NCBI GenBank assembly: GCA_964016885.1
Contig: OZ024740.1
Location: 173,972,001-174,036,000 of the forward strand
Direction: 5' to 3'
DNA: 64,000 nt
Source of the DNA: Eledone cirrhosa
Taxonomy: Eukaryota
Positions 28,058 through 40,327 of this stretch are shown one piece after another (within the stretch, counting starts at the first letter, position 1; each line of letters opens with the position of its first letter). The position numbers were made by a program, and so were the translations under genes. The notes beneath the pieces were generated by a model. It saw nothing but the letters and a program-made list of their open reading frames with translations, was not told where the DNA came from and searched no databases.

Positions 28058-29098
28058 GTAATAGAAAAAGAAAAAAATTAGATTGAGAAGAAAGAATGGA
28101 ATGTAAAATAAGAAAATATAAAAAACGGAAAAGGAAGGGAAAGGCAAGGGCTCTAGTGCCACAGAAGAATGGGAAGCGGAGCTGAGGTTTGGAGTCTGGG
28201 CCTGGGGCGCGGTGGTAATGGTGCTGCGCCCCGCTGCAACAGCCACCATTAACTTCAACTGAAAATGAAAAGTTTTTGCAGATTCAGCACTCAAAGTTCT
28301 ACAGCGTTTACTAGTCGTGTGTAATACGTAAGAAGATTTAGTCAAAGAATACTTTAATGCTAGAAGAAAAGATTCAACTAATAAAATTCAGTGTAATTAG
28401 GGATTAAATTAAGCTGACAGAGACAGAGCTTATTAAATATAAATGTATAAATATATAAATTAACTAAATTTTGGTTTGTTATTGAATTTAATGTAACCAT
28501 TGTAGCCAAATATATTAAGAAACGGATTTCATTTTATTTGAGATTCTTGCATTTATCTAATATTTAAACTTAAACAAGTTGACGAAATGAAAATTACCGA
28601 AGAAACCCTAAATTAAAACAAAATAAAAACATAGTGACACGAAAGCGTGTATGATAGTTTAAATGCTATCACACATACACACACGCACGCACACACACCC
28701 ACACGCACACACACACAACAATATATGAGGTTATAGTGTAATACTTCACTATTTTCATTGCTAAGATAAGATAAGCTCGATACACTTTTTTCAGCCCTTC
28801 GTTCTGCAGGAGCGAAAACAAAACTGAATGAATAAAAGGGCAGTTCCGGTAGCAGAACATTTACAATTCAAAATTTAAGAAAATCAAGGATAGTATTATC
28901 ATTATATATTTATACATCGCTACGAACGTTTCAACGCGGCTAGAATATCGTAGAGTGGACACAAATAGTTAGTTAGTGAGTATAACAGCAGTGTTTTGGT
29001 AACGATACCTCTGAATCTCTCCGTATCTATCTCCTGGTTTCTTGGTTTCTATGCAACATTCTGTCTATAAGAGTTATTAAAAGTGTTGCACGCAGAAT

Positions 29099-29244
<146 letters not shown>

Positions 29245-29275
29245 GTGTGCGTGTGTGTGTGCGTGCGTGCGCGTG

Positions 29276-29314
<39 letters not shown>

Positions 29315-29999
29315 CTTGCTGTTATCAGGCATTAGAAACACGAGGCCTAATTATAGTTAAAATGGATATTAAGTAAATGTTTATGCAATAATATGGTACA
29401 AGCAAATACAAAAACTCGATCTTTGGTGACGTAAGGTTGTTAATAGTAATGATAACAATAATATTTTCTCTGCTACTGCCACCAAGGCCCATTCATCCAT
29501 ACAATAAAATGCAAACAAATATAGGTCTTACAACCTAACGAAACAAAATTATATAAAAAATGGGGAGGAGGCTAAATTCATTATACTTATATATCCCTTT
29601 TCTCACCATCATCCGTTTTCTCTGATAAAAAGGAATGGTTGGGTCATCACAGACCGAGTCAGTACTCAAGTAGAACAACTGACTGCTCCAACCGGCCGGG
29701 GGCTCTCATGTTACTTACATTGTACATTCTACCGTGGCACCAGTACTAGAGAGGTTGATATGTCTTTGACACATCTGAAGAGTCCTCCCGACTCTTTGTT
29801 TGGCAGGTTTTCTACGCATGTATGGCACTCCTATCACTAAAGACTTTAAAGAGTGTACTGGCTGCATTTATCGTGTATATCACCAGCACTAGGGAAGTCA
29901 TCATGTCTTTGTCAAGTTTTCTGGTACCTTATAGTATTGAGTTTAGATACATAACTCCCAAATGAAAACACCACAACATAACACACCTCCGAAAGACAC

Positions 30000-32700
30000 A
30001 AGACCCTACAAATGTAAGAAAGCAGCATAACGGAGGGAACCACACATATAAGTCAGAACTTAAATACTACAGAACTGTTTACACAACAACAAACAATGCA
30101 GTACAGCAAATCAAACACACGCTAAGAAACAGACCTAATCATCCCAAAACGATGAAAACCATAAAAACACACAACCAAATACACAACCACAAAAATATAC
30201 CTGCAGCCCCATAGCTAACAAGAAACAGAATAGCAATCACACATCAGAACAGATGTACAAGAATTAATATTGAAGCAATAAAGAAAATAGAATAGAACAT
30301 CACAAAATCAATGAAAAAAAGTATTGGAGAAAACTCCCCCTCAAACTAAAGAAAAAGAAATTCTGTTCATGATAACAAATGAGATGAATAACGATAGACT
30401 GAATCATCTGATTCATAGTAGTAATAACGAAGGAAACCGGGCTATATCCTAATAGAGAGAACCTCCTACCAGACCCTCATCCATAAAAAAATGGAAAGAA
30501 AATATAGCACACAAAATCAAGAAAAGAAGGAACGACGTATCCTTTGTGAACTAGAAAAAGAGGGAACCAACATGAAACAGAATAAGGATCCAAACAACAA
30601 TAAATACGCCAATAAAAATATAGATGGCACTCAGGAAGCAAATGAAAACACAGCAGAAAAAAGGAGAGTAAGACACTTTAAAAAATGCGAAGATACAGAG
30701 ACGTCAAAAAATAACAACAAAACAACAACAAAAACGACAACATTACACTAGAAGATACACCAACATTAACACTAACTTAATGGAAGGGAATATGAAGTAA
30801 AGACAATCAACACAATAGAAATACACAAATCAGGAAAGAAGAGTAAAAAAGTGGTAATAGCGCCATAAGCATCGTCCACCATTACAAGCAAGGAAAACCA
30901 ATAACAAATTGAGAACTACAAGAAACTGAAAAACACCAGAAATTAACAAGGCCCTCAATTTTTTGTTGAAGCACCTGGGTATTACTAATTCCAGATAATC
31001 GGACAGGAATTATCATTCGACTGGATGTTGTAAGGGAAAACCCCGTTAATCCACCAAAACAAAAGCACTGTACACCCCCAAAATTTTAGACCTATAACAT
31101 GCCTTCTCACAACATATAGCCTTCATATCCATATTATATAACTGACTGGTTAACACAACTGGAAAATAACAACGTATTAACAAAAAACAGAAAGTTCGTT
31201 GGGAAAATGCATGGCTGTAAAGAGCAGTTATTGGAAATTATAGAAGGGAATGAAAAAGAGGAAAACAAGCCTAGATTGTCTTATGAAAGACATTTGAGAG
31301 CATGCTATATTCCTGGATATTAAAGTCACTTCACATAATCAAGGAAAAACCTTACACTACTGATATATCACTAAAAAAACAAAAACAATTATAATCAACT
31401 CTATATCCATGAAAAGAGGAATTTTATAAGGATTCATAACCTTTTTTGCATAGATCTGACTTAATTAACAACAATTTTGAACGAGACCCCAATGGAGTAC
31501 AGATGCCATGTCCAAACTACACGGCCTAAAAACATTCACAAAATATAACACTGAATTAGAAAATTTAAAAATTGTTCATAAATTTATAAGTATGAGCAAG
31601 AGATTAGACAAATGTGTTAAAACATCTAGTCATAGAAACCAAAAGCAGAGAATTAAACTACAATCATAAATACCAATATCTAGTAAAAGAGGAAACAAAT
31701 ACAATACACAGAAATCAAAGAGTACAAGAGTTAAACTAATATTAAAAACTGAACTCAAAACTAGAAATAAAATATTAAGTATAAATACGCTAACCATACC
31801 ACTTATAAATTACATTATTCAATATAATAAATTCGAAGTTATGTAAATTAAAATGTTTGGACAAAAAAATCAGGAAACTTCTAATATGGTTCCGAAGCCG
31901 AACCCGAAAATAGATATTGATAGAATATACGCGTCCCATACTCAAGGAGGGCATAATATGGTACAAAAGGAAATGTACTATAAATAACAACACTTGATTA
32001 AGAAATACTTAGAAAGACGCAAAGGAATGCTGATAAATGTAAGAAGGAAACACGAAAAAAAAAAAAAACAACAAAATTCTCTAAACACAGGAAACGATAA
32101 GATACACATTTGAAATCAACTACGGTGAAACATCAGATTTGAATAGAAACATTATAGCAGATAAGGACAAGGAAACAAAATCAATGTTGAAATGAAATCT
32201 ACTGAAGAGGAAATAGAAAAACCCACTTCATGACAAATACCTTTTAAGGCTCGACGGAGAAGTACTAAACTGGAGTGAAAGTCAACAATTGTGCAAAAGC
32301 TCCGAGCTAAAGGCAGAAACAGTTTGGTTTCTCTGCACGAGACCAATAGCTGGCCATAGACAATTACAAAGATTAAATCAGGAAATCAGGAAACCCTATT
32401 AAGAAATACAGACTATGCAACCAATAAAATGAAACAGTTGACCTCACCAGCTCCAGCGGTCCAGCCGTCGCCAAATCTGAATACATACAGATACGCTTGA
32501 GTTGGTAGGTTGATTGGGCAATGTGCCAACACACCCATGTAAAAACGACCAATAAGTGGCATAAATATGTACCAAACACGGCACATGCTAACAACTGGGC
32601 CACAATTACATGCGATATGTCTATGGGAACGGACAAGGAGAACAAGGTAAATCGTCTAGATATAATAATCAAGGATGAAACAAACAAAAAACTTATACAT
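30000..32700 (+). mobile_element. Highly degraded R4/Dong-like RLE non-LTR retrotransposon
   Basis: Ordered relics: APG (~30971), GCKEQL (~31212), KRGI.xG (~31412), PKIDIDRIY...GG (~31905), C...ETVD...EY (~32417-32490), D.S.GTD...NRLDIIIKD (~32612-32680); many stops and indels; boundaries approximate. Confidence 0.65.
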
Positions 32701-33049
32701 ATGAAAAGCAAAGTTGACCCCGGCGGTATTCGAACTCAGAACGTAAAGAGCAATAATTAAATAATTAAATACCGCAATGGATGGACCAGTTAATACGTGA
32801 TAATCAACGTTTCTTAAGTATCAGTGGATTTCAACACAAATACTCCATTAGGAATATTATGATTAACAGTTTATAGGAATAAAAAAATGATGGGTCTTCC
32901 GCCAGTTTCGATGATGAGCATTCTAGTGTTCGATCAACGTATACATGGTTGAATATTCCACAGAAGCGTATAGTGTTAACGTAATATTCAAGCAAAATGA
33001 GTGTGACATAATATGTGATAAGGTTGGGGGGTGGGGACACATTTCATCT

Positions 33050-33186
33050 GACGGGCTTCAATACAACTTTTATCTATCCAATTTACTCAAAGGGGTTGGG
33101 TTAACATGAGACACTTGCTGTCGGATCGAACCTCTGAACCCGTGATTACATAGCGAACGTCTTAACCATTCAGATATGTCTGCGCC
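33050..33186 (-). mobile_element. Second tRNA-derived SINE family, degenerate
   Basis: Minus strand begins GGCGCAGAC..GAATGGTTAAG (A box) ... GGTTCGATCC (B box) ... AAGTGTCT ... GAAGCCCGTC; a weaker plus-strand relative may lie at ~62085-62210. Confidence 0.55.
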
Positions 33187-33547
33187 AAGGAATAACAATT
33201 AACATAGATAACATGACACAACGCGATTTTATTGTTGCAGTCATCCATCTTTTATATAATGGTTGGGCATTTACAATAAAAAAGGACACTCATAATTGAC
33301 CGTAACCTAACATTTATGTAAGGTGACGCAACAACAAATGAAATAAAATGAAACAATAGTCTGTCATCTATTCTCTGCTTATTTCCTAAAAATGTTGAAG
33401 GTTAGTTCCCCAGGTTTAATGTCAAAGTACTGTCAGAATTGTTATTGTTTCCACCTTATTTCGACATTCATACACATATACATATACATACACATACACA
33501 TATACGTATACATACACAAATAATTGCACACATACAGAAGTGTAACA

Positions 33548-33720
33548 TTACAAACACGCGTACATACACACATAATTACACACATAGAAACGCACAGACT
33601 TACAAACACGCGTACATACACACATAATTACACACATAGAAACGCACAGACTTACAAACACGCGTACATACACACATAATTACACACATAGAAACGCACA
33701 GACTTACAAACACACGCACT
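33548..33720. repeat. 52-bp tandem repeat
   Basis: TTACAAACACGCGTACATACACACATAATTACACACATAGAAACGCACAGAC about 3.3 times. Confidence 0.9.
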
Positions 33721-33780
33721 CACACATAATAACACACATTGACTTACAAACAAACAAACCAACACACACAGAGAGATACG

Positions 33781-33853
<73 letters not shown>

Positions 33854-34057
33854 ACAAAAAGTGAAACCAGAAATCTAAGCACAAACACATAAAGACACAC
33901 CTGTGTATGTGTGTGGGAGGGAGTGTGTATGTGTGTATATATAGCTATATATATATGTATGTATGTGTAAGTATTTGAGTTTACATTTACTGTCGGTTTC
34001 ACACTTTCTCTCTACTTCTCTCTTTCAATCTGTCTGAGCATTTGTAACTCTTTGTGC

Positions 34058-34141
<84 letters not shown>

Positions 34142-34146
<5 letters not shown>

Positions 34147-34838
34147 ACGTAGTTAAGAAAGCCACAACAATGCAGAGGGAAATCTCGAGGTAGGAAGTGA
34201 ATGATAGATAGGAGAAACAGGGGAAAGTGAAAATTGAGAGAGACAAAGAAGAAAACAAAACAAAGGTAGAAGGGTTACCGTAGTGGAGATTTAATCCCAA
34301 TATTTCGGGCTCACGCCCATCAACGGGGGAAAGTTCCAAAAGGGGGGGAACAGGCCAAGCGGAGAAAGTTGTGATGTCGTTAAGACAGGAATGCCGTTAT
34401 GGGGAGAAAATTATTTAAAATTTAAACGAGGGAAAGAATGCGCGTGCGCGTGATAGGCTGTGGCAAAAGTTTTTGCCACAGCCTATCACGCGCACGCGCA
34501 TTCTTTCCCTCGTTTAAATTTTAAATAATTTTCTCCCCATAACGGCATTCCTGTCTTAACGACATCACAACTTTCTCCGCTTGGCCTGTTCCCCCCCTTT
34601 TGGAACTTTCCCCCGTTGATGGGCGTGAGCCCGAAATATTGGGATTAAATCTCCACTACGGTAACCCTTCTACCTTTGTTTTGTTTTCTTCTTTGTCTCT
34701 CTCAATTTTCACTTTCCCCTGTTTCTCCTATCTATCATTCACTTCCTACCTCGAGATTTCCCTCTGCATTGTTGTGGCTTTCTTAACTACGTATTTTACA
34801 CATTTCACAATGCTTCAAGCAAACTTTAACACCCTCAT
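34142..34838 (+). mobile_element. Perfect 327-bp-arm palindrome in (TA)n; probable PLE pLTR with inverted copy
   Basis: Arms 34142-34468 and 34471-34797, loop GT. The right arm contains TCCC-CCGTTGA-T-GGGC-GTGA-GCCC-GAAA-TAT-T-GGGA (34609-34644), a hammerhead scaffold with a variant core; a 40-nt tail runs to (AT)n. Confidence 0.75.
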
Positions 34839-34857
34839 ATATATATATATATATCTA

Positions 34858-35005
<148 letters not shown>

Positions 35006-35036
35006 TATATATGTGTAGGTGTGTGCGTGCGTAATA

Positions 35037-35118
35037 TACAGTTTGTCCCCAAAAATGTATACACACTTCAACGGCATTCTAATAAAAGTGTGTATATATT
35101 TTGGGGGGATACCTTGTA
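35037..35118. mobile_element. Tc1/mariner-type MITE remnant
   Basis: TA-CAGTTTGTCCCCAAAAATGTATACACACTT ... AAGTGTGTATATATTTTGGGGGGATACCTTG-TA: imperfect TIRs with TA flanks. Confidence 0.6.
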
Positions 35119-35834
35119 TATATATTTAAATAAATAAAATTCAAAATATGAGCACACGTGACAACGACGGGCAACAGAGTAAACACTTTTCGTCAGCTAA
35201 CTACTGGAGATCATTATGATTTCTGAGCTGAAAGGTTAAGACTATTCTTTCCAACGTACACGATATTGCTAAGTGACAAAATACGGAAATATAAGTGAAA
35301 AAAAGTGTACGTATGTCCCAGTGTGCTTCTAATTGAAAACGAAAAGTGTGCAACAAATTAGAGAGAGAAAAATGAAAGGGGAAAATATATTTAAATATAT
35401 AGAGAAAAAATTCGGACGTTAGTACTGAGATGAAAAACCACGATGTTGATAGTAATTAGGTTAGAAGCAGAATGAGGTAGAGAGACGTGTAGGTGAGGTG
35501 AAGTCGAGAAAGTAGAAGGGAGAGGATAGAAAGTGACTGAAGACTGGAGGTGAAAGATAGAGATAGAAGAAAGAGAGAGAGAGGAGAGGGGGAGAGGGAG
35601 AGAGAGAGAGGGGGGAGGGAGAGAGAGCGAGAGAAAGATGAAGAGGAAGGGAACAAGAAAGAAGGGTCGCAGGTGGTGTATGCTCTATATTTAGATAGAA
35701 GTCAAAAGTGGCCTACGTTGGCTAAGGCAATATCAAATATAATTCAAAATATGTAGAAGACCACATGACAAGGACAGACAACAGAAAAAGCATGGACATA
35801 TCTCTTTTCGTCAGCTAACTACTTGAGATCACTA

Positions 35835-35889
<55 letters not shown>

Positions 35890-35927
35890 GCAGAATGCTT
35901 TCACGGCGTTATATGTATGTATGTATG

Positions 35928-37756
35928 TTCTTCTGGTTTTATAATTTCACAAATTTTTTCCCAATAGAGAGAGAGTCGGTTTCTAACATAGACACAAGAC
36001 TCTCTCATTGGAATTTAAACAACATCAACTAGGTAGATTATGTATGCATGCATGCATGTATAGATATGGATATTATTGTATGTGTGGATGTGTATGTTTT
36101 GAGTTGTATGTGTGCATGTGTATATGCTTTGTATCTGTACATGTGTATATGCAGTTATTAGATGCAACATTTTTGGAATGTTTTACATATTTTTACTGTT
36201 CCATTAATGGATTGTACTTGTAATTTCCTAACCAGTCGTGTTCTTTCTGTTCCTGTGAAGCCTAGCTTCTCAAGATTTGTATTGAGGCAGTTACTAACAT
36301 ACCCAAGTGCCCCAATAATCACAGGCATAAATCTGAAGGTATAATCAGGGTGGAGTATCTGCAGATTTCTCATCAGTTCTGCATAAATATTCTCCTTTTC
36401 GCTAATATTTGATATTATATTGGCATCTGCTGGGCAGCTAATTTCCACTACTGTGCATACTTTCTTCTCCCTGTCCCATATCATAATATCTGGTCTGTTA
36501 TGCCTGCATTTTATTGGGGTTTTTACTGGAACATTCCACCAGTACTCTTTCATATTATGTACGTGGATGTCTTCCACATTTCTGTAGCTTTTAATGTGTT
36601 TATTATCGGGGCTATCTTTTTTACGGACTGCATTGTACAGTATTTTGGCCACTACATCATGCCTCATAGGTAGATAGTACCGGGATGACATCTTTGGACA
36701 GCTGCTCATGACATGGGTGATATCCTCAATGTTAGTTCTACAGAGTCTGCACTTGTTATCACATCTAGGTGTTTTGACTGCATCCCTGTCTCTTTTGTGA
36801 ATCAGGTATTTCGTATTAATCTCCTGTTCTTGGATTGCAAAAGCGTATCCTTCAAAGTGGGAGCCAATATAGCGGTTGTTGGTCCAAGATAGAATACTTT
36901 CCTTATTTATATTACTCTCACTCTGGAGCTTCCTGGCAACATATCCATGCATGAATTTTTGCTGATAAGCATGCAGTTTTTCATCCATGGATTCACTGCG
37001 ATACTGCTGAGTGACTTCCCTGGATGTAAGTTTTTGATTATCACACAGGGAATATCTCTCGAGGAGTTCCTTCCCAACTCTCTCTTGTGATCTTATCTGT
37101 TTCATGCAGATAGACTTGCTCGAGAGACGGGATCCTACGCTTCGAGGTTCGTAGATGTCGGAGGGATATGATGCGACATTCAAATGCTGTCTGGACTGAT
37201 GTTAGGCCTCTGCCTCCCTGGTTACATTTCAAGTAAAGGCGGTCTATGTCACTGTTGATGTGGAAGTTCCCGCTGTTGTTTAGTATTTTTCGAGTTCTAA
37301 CATCAACTGCTCGAATTTCGTCTATCGTCCAATTGAGTATTCCAAACGTTGGTGTTAGGACAGGCACAGCAAACACATTGTGAGCCACTGTTTTGTTTTG
37401 CGCAGAGAGTTCCGATGACCATGTCTTTTTTAATCGGGTGTAGTATTCCCTGGTTACGTGTTCCTTATTACAGATACCATTATAGGATATGTTCTCATCT
37501 ATCCTCAGGTATCTGTAGCAGTCCTCATCAGATATCGGTGAAACAGTTAGGCCATTGATGACAATGTTGCTAGATTGGGTTGTTGTTTTTCCCCGCTTTA
37601 CAGTCATGTATGAGCATTTATCTTGGCCTAACTCCATTCCTATATCCTTTGGGATATGTTGTAACCAGGTCAATATTTTTCTTCATCCCATCCATGTTCT
37701 TGGCATAGAGTTTCAGATCCTGCTTACGTTTCAAGTAAAGGCGGTCTATGTCACTG
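35928..37756 (-). mobile_element. R4/Dong-like RLE non-LTR retrotransposon, 5'-truncated (subfamily A)
   Basis: DLKLY, DIDRLYL...GGRGL, CRLC...HVMSSC...RHDVV (CCHC), HNRPDI...VEISCP...EK..Y, PVIIGALG; frameshifted; the 3' UTR ends in (CATA)n and the 5' junction is also in (CATA)n. Confidence 0.88.
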
Positions 37757-37816
37757 TATGTATGTATGTATGTATGTATGTATGTATGTATGTATGTATG
37801 TATGTATGTATGTATG

Positions 37817-38560
37817 TTTCTCTTTCTCTTAATTTCAAGTACATTTTTGACTGGCCACCTTCCTGGTGGCAAGGTTGTAAACGAAAAGAAATTGTTATCC
37901 CTTGAATCACAAGAATGTTTTGAAAATGTTGAAGGTGACAGCTATCAGAGCCATTTGTAGTCTATGAATTAAGGAGCTGCGCTCTTTGTCCACAAATCCA
38001 AGTCCAGTCATACTTTGTTCCAGTGAGTTGGTATATAACCTGTAGCTCCAATAACGATGGGTATGAAGCTGAAGGTGTATCTTGTATACTGGATCTGGAA
38101 ATTCCTCATGAATGGTCCATAGATGTCCTCCTTCTCCTGTATTTTTTTGACATCAAGTGGGTAGCTGATCTTTACAATAGAGCACGTTTTCAATGTGTAG
38201 CCCCAAACAACATATCAGGCCGGTTTTGCTTTAATTTGGTGGCAGTTTTTATTTTCAGGTTCCACCAGTATTCTTCAGCGCCATCTATCTCAACATATTG
38301 TTTTTAATTTTGTTTTCCTAAGTGCGTTCCAGATGGTTCTAGCTATCACATCGGGTCTCATAGAGAGGTAGTAGCGAGACAACATTCTTTCGCAATTGGC
38401 AACAAAGTGGCTAACATCGATCTTTGTTCCTGTATTGCATAGAGATATCCTTCAAGGTAGGATGTCATAAACTTATCGGAACTCCATGCCAGGCTCTGTG
38501 GATGATTTATCCCCTCTATGGTTTGTGTTTTCGTCTCCGATACCCATGCTCAACCTTCTG
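37817..38560 (-). mobile_element. R4/Dong-like element 3' fragment (subfamily B), internally deleted
   Basis: Closely similar to 40328-41170; same 3' end ...GAAATTAAGAGAAAGAGAAA-(CATA)n; (TATG)n on both sides. Confidence 0.85.
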
Positions 38561-38647
38561 TATGTAAGTATGTATGTATGTATGTATGTATGTATGTATG
38601 TATGTATGTATGTATGTATGTATGTATGTATGTATGTATGTATGTAT

Positions 38648-39267
38648 GTCTGCGAGACCTGGGTCACATATCGACGCCACCTTAAGCAATTGGAGCGTTT
38701 CCATCAGATGTGTCTCAGACGGATCCATGGCGTTCACTGGAGGGACCACATCAGTGATGTCGAGATTTTGGAAAGCTCTATGTGTGACAGTATAGAGGCT
38801 CTTGTGCTTAAGCAACGACTCCGTTGGAGTGGTCACCTTGCCAGGATGAAGGATTCTAGAATACCAAAACAACTCTTCTATGGAGAGTTGGTTAAAGGAA
38901 AACGACCGCCACATAAACCAATAAAGAGGTATAAGGATTCCTTGAAGGCCTCTATTAAAGACGCTAACATCTCTGCTGATACATGGGAAAATATTGCTGC
39001 TGATCGTAATAAATGGAGAAAAACTGTATATGAGGGAAAAGTTGCCTTTGAGGCATCTCGAATCGCACACAAGAAAGTAAAGCGGGACGTGAGGAAGGGC
39101 ATTGCTGTTGCACTTCCAGACGGCGAGGGTCCTCCTATGGTGCTGACATGCAGCGTCTGTGCGAGACTCTGCCTAAGCAAAGCTGGACTCGAAAGTCATC
39201 TTCGCAGTCATAAAGTAAGACCAGTGGTTGACTACCAGGCTGCTGTTGGAGATGCTACTCATGTATG

Positions 39268-39308
<41 letters not shown>

Positions 39309-39448
39309 CTTTTTTTTTTTTTTAATTTATTTATTATTATTATTATTATTATTTTTTTTTTATTTTAATTTATTTTATTTTATTTTATTTATTATTTTTT
39401 TTTTCTCCTCGTGCAATTGTCATACTCGATAACGAGGGGGCAGCCATC
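38648..39448 (+). mobile_element. RTE-clade LINE 3' fragment
   Basis: ETWVTYRRHLKQLERFHQMCLRRI...RLRWSGHLARM.DSRIPKQLFYGEL..GKR...RYKDSLK and a C2H2-like CSVC...GLESHLRSH; a stem-loop tail CTCGATAACGAG-GGGGCAGCCATC precedes (ATGT)n. Confidence 0.88.
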
Positions 39449-39513
39449 ATGTATGTATGTATGTATGTATGTATGTATGTATGTATGTATGTATGTATGT
39501 ATGTATGTATGTA

Positions 39514-39911
39514 TAACCCCTTAGCCTTTGTCAAGGCAGAATTCTAGGAGAAGGAAAACTCTGATATAACACCTGCAACCCTGATGGTATCCAATGATGT
39601 TGACTTGTTCTTTTTGGTAAATATCATCTTGGTTAAGAGAGTGGGACTGGCTTTATGCAGTGCCTTTGCTCACTATAAAATCTTCACGGCACAGGCATTG
39701 CTTTATATCTGGAGATCTCTCTGCACTTGTCGTCACATGGTACCATGGGCCCAGCACTATGTATCAATAATTGTCACAAGAGTAGTGTTTGTACCAGAGT
39801 TTTCAAGTCGCTGGCTGGACTAAAAAGTCACACTTGTTCAGCGCATCGGTAGGGGTTCTCCTATATGGATATAAAGTAGTGGCCGTACTCGAAAACGAGT
39901 TGGCAGTCACT
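39514..39911 (+). mobile_element. Non-autonomous RTE-derived short element (5' UTR-like head + RTE tail)
   Basis: CTAGGAGAAGGAAAACTCTGA resembles RTE 5' UTR motifs; ends in CTCGAAAACGAG-TTGGCAGTCAC-(TATG)n like the adjacent RTE tail; related to 42301-42620. Confidence 0.6.
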
Positions 39912-39962
39912 ATGTATGTATGTATGTATGTATGTATGTTTGTATGCATGTATGTATGTATG

Positions 39963-40078
39963 TAAACCATGCAGATCTACAGCTGGTCTACAAAGTCATT
40001 TAGGAAGTTATGGACGCAGATGGGATGAAGAATCAATAAGAGACGGCAATCGTCTGTGAAGACGATGCAATTCTCCTC
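39963..40078 (+). mobile_element. Short 3' end of another RTE family
   Basis: Reads KPCRSTAGLQSHLGS (zinc-finger remnant), then stem-loop ATCGTC-TGTGAA-GACGAT, then ATGTATG. Confidence 0.55.
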
Positions 40079-40085
40079 ATGTATG

Positions 40086-40293
40086 TTCTTCTGGATTTAT
40101 AATTTCACAAATTTTTACCAATAGAGAGAGAGAGTCGGTTTCTAACAAAGATACAAGGGATTTACACAACATCAACTAGGTAGATATATCTGCATGTCTG
40201 CATGCATGCATGCATGTGTGTGCGGGTATGGATATTATTATATGTGTGGAGGTGTATGTTTTGAGTTATATGTGCGCATGTGTATATGCTTTG

Positions 40294-40298
<5 letters not shown>
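40086..40298 (-). mobile_element. 3' UTR-only copy of R4/Dong subfamily A
   Basis: Aligns with 35928-36150 (TTCTTCTGG.TTTATAATTTCACAAATTTTT...GTCGGTTTCTAACA...CATCAACTAGGTAGAT). Confidence 0.8.
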
Positions 40299-40325
<27 letters not shown>

Positions 40326-40327
40326 TG

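Noticed and set aside
35187-35838. Repeated CTTTTCGTCAGCTAACTACT (CTGACGA on the minus strand) as hammerheads
   Set aside because: No following stem II/GAAA/UH; only a ~33-bp local direct repeat.
38486-39325. 279-aa ORF as a single gene
   Set aside because: Chimera of antisense R4-like sequence, (TATG)n and an RTE fragment.
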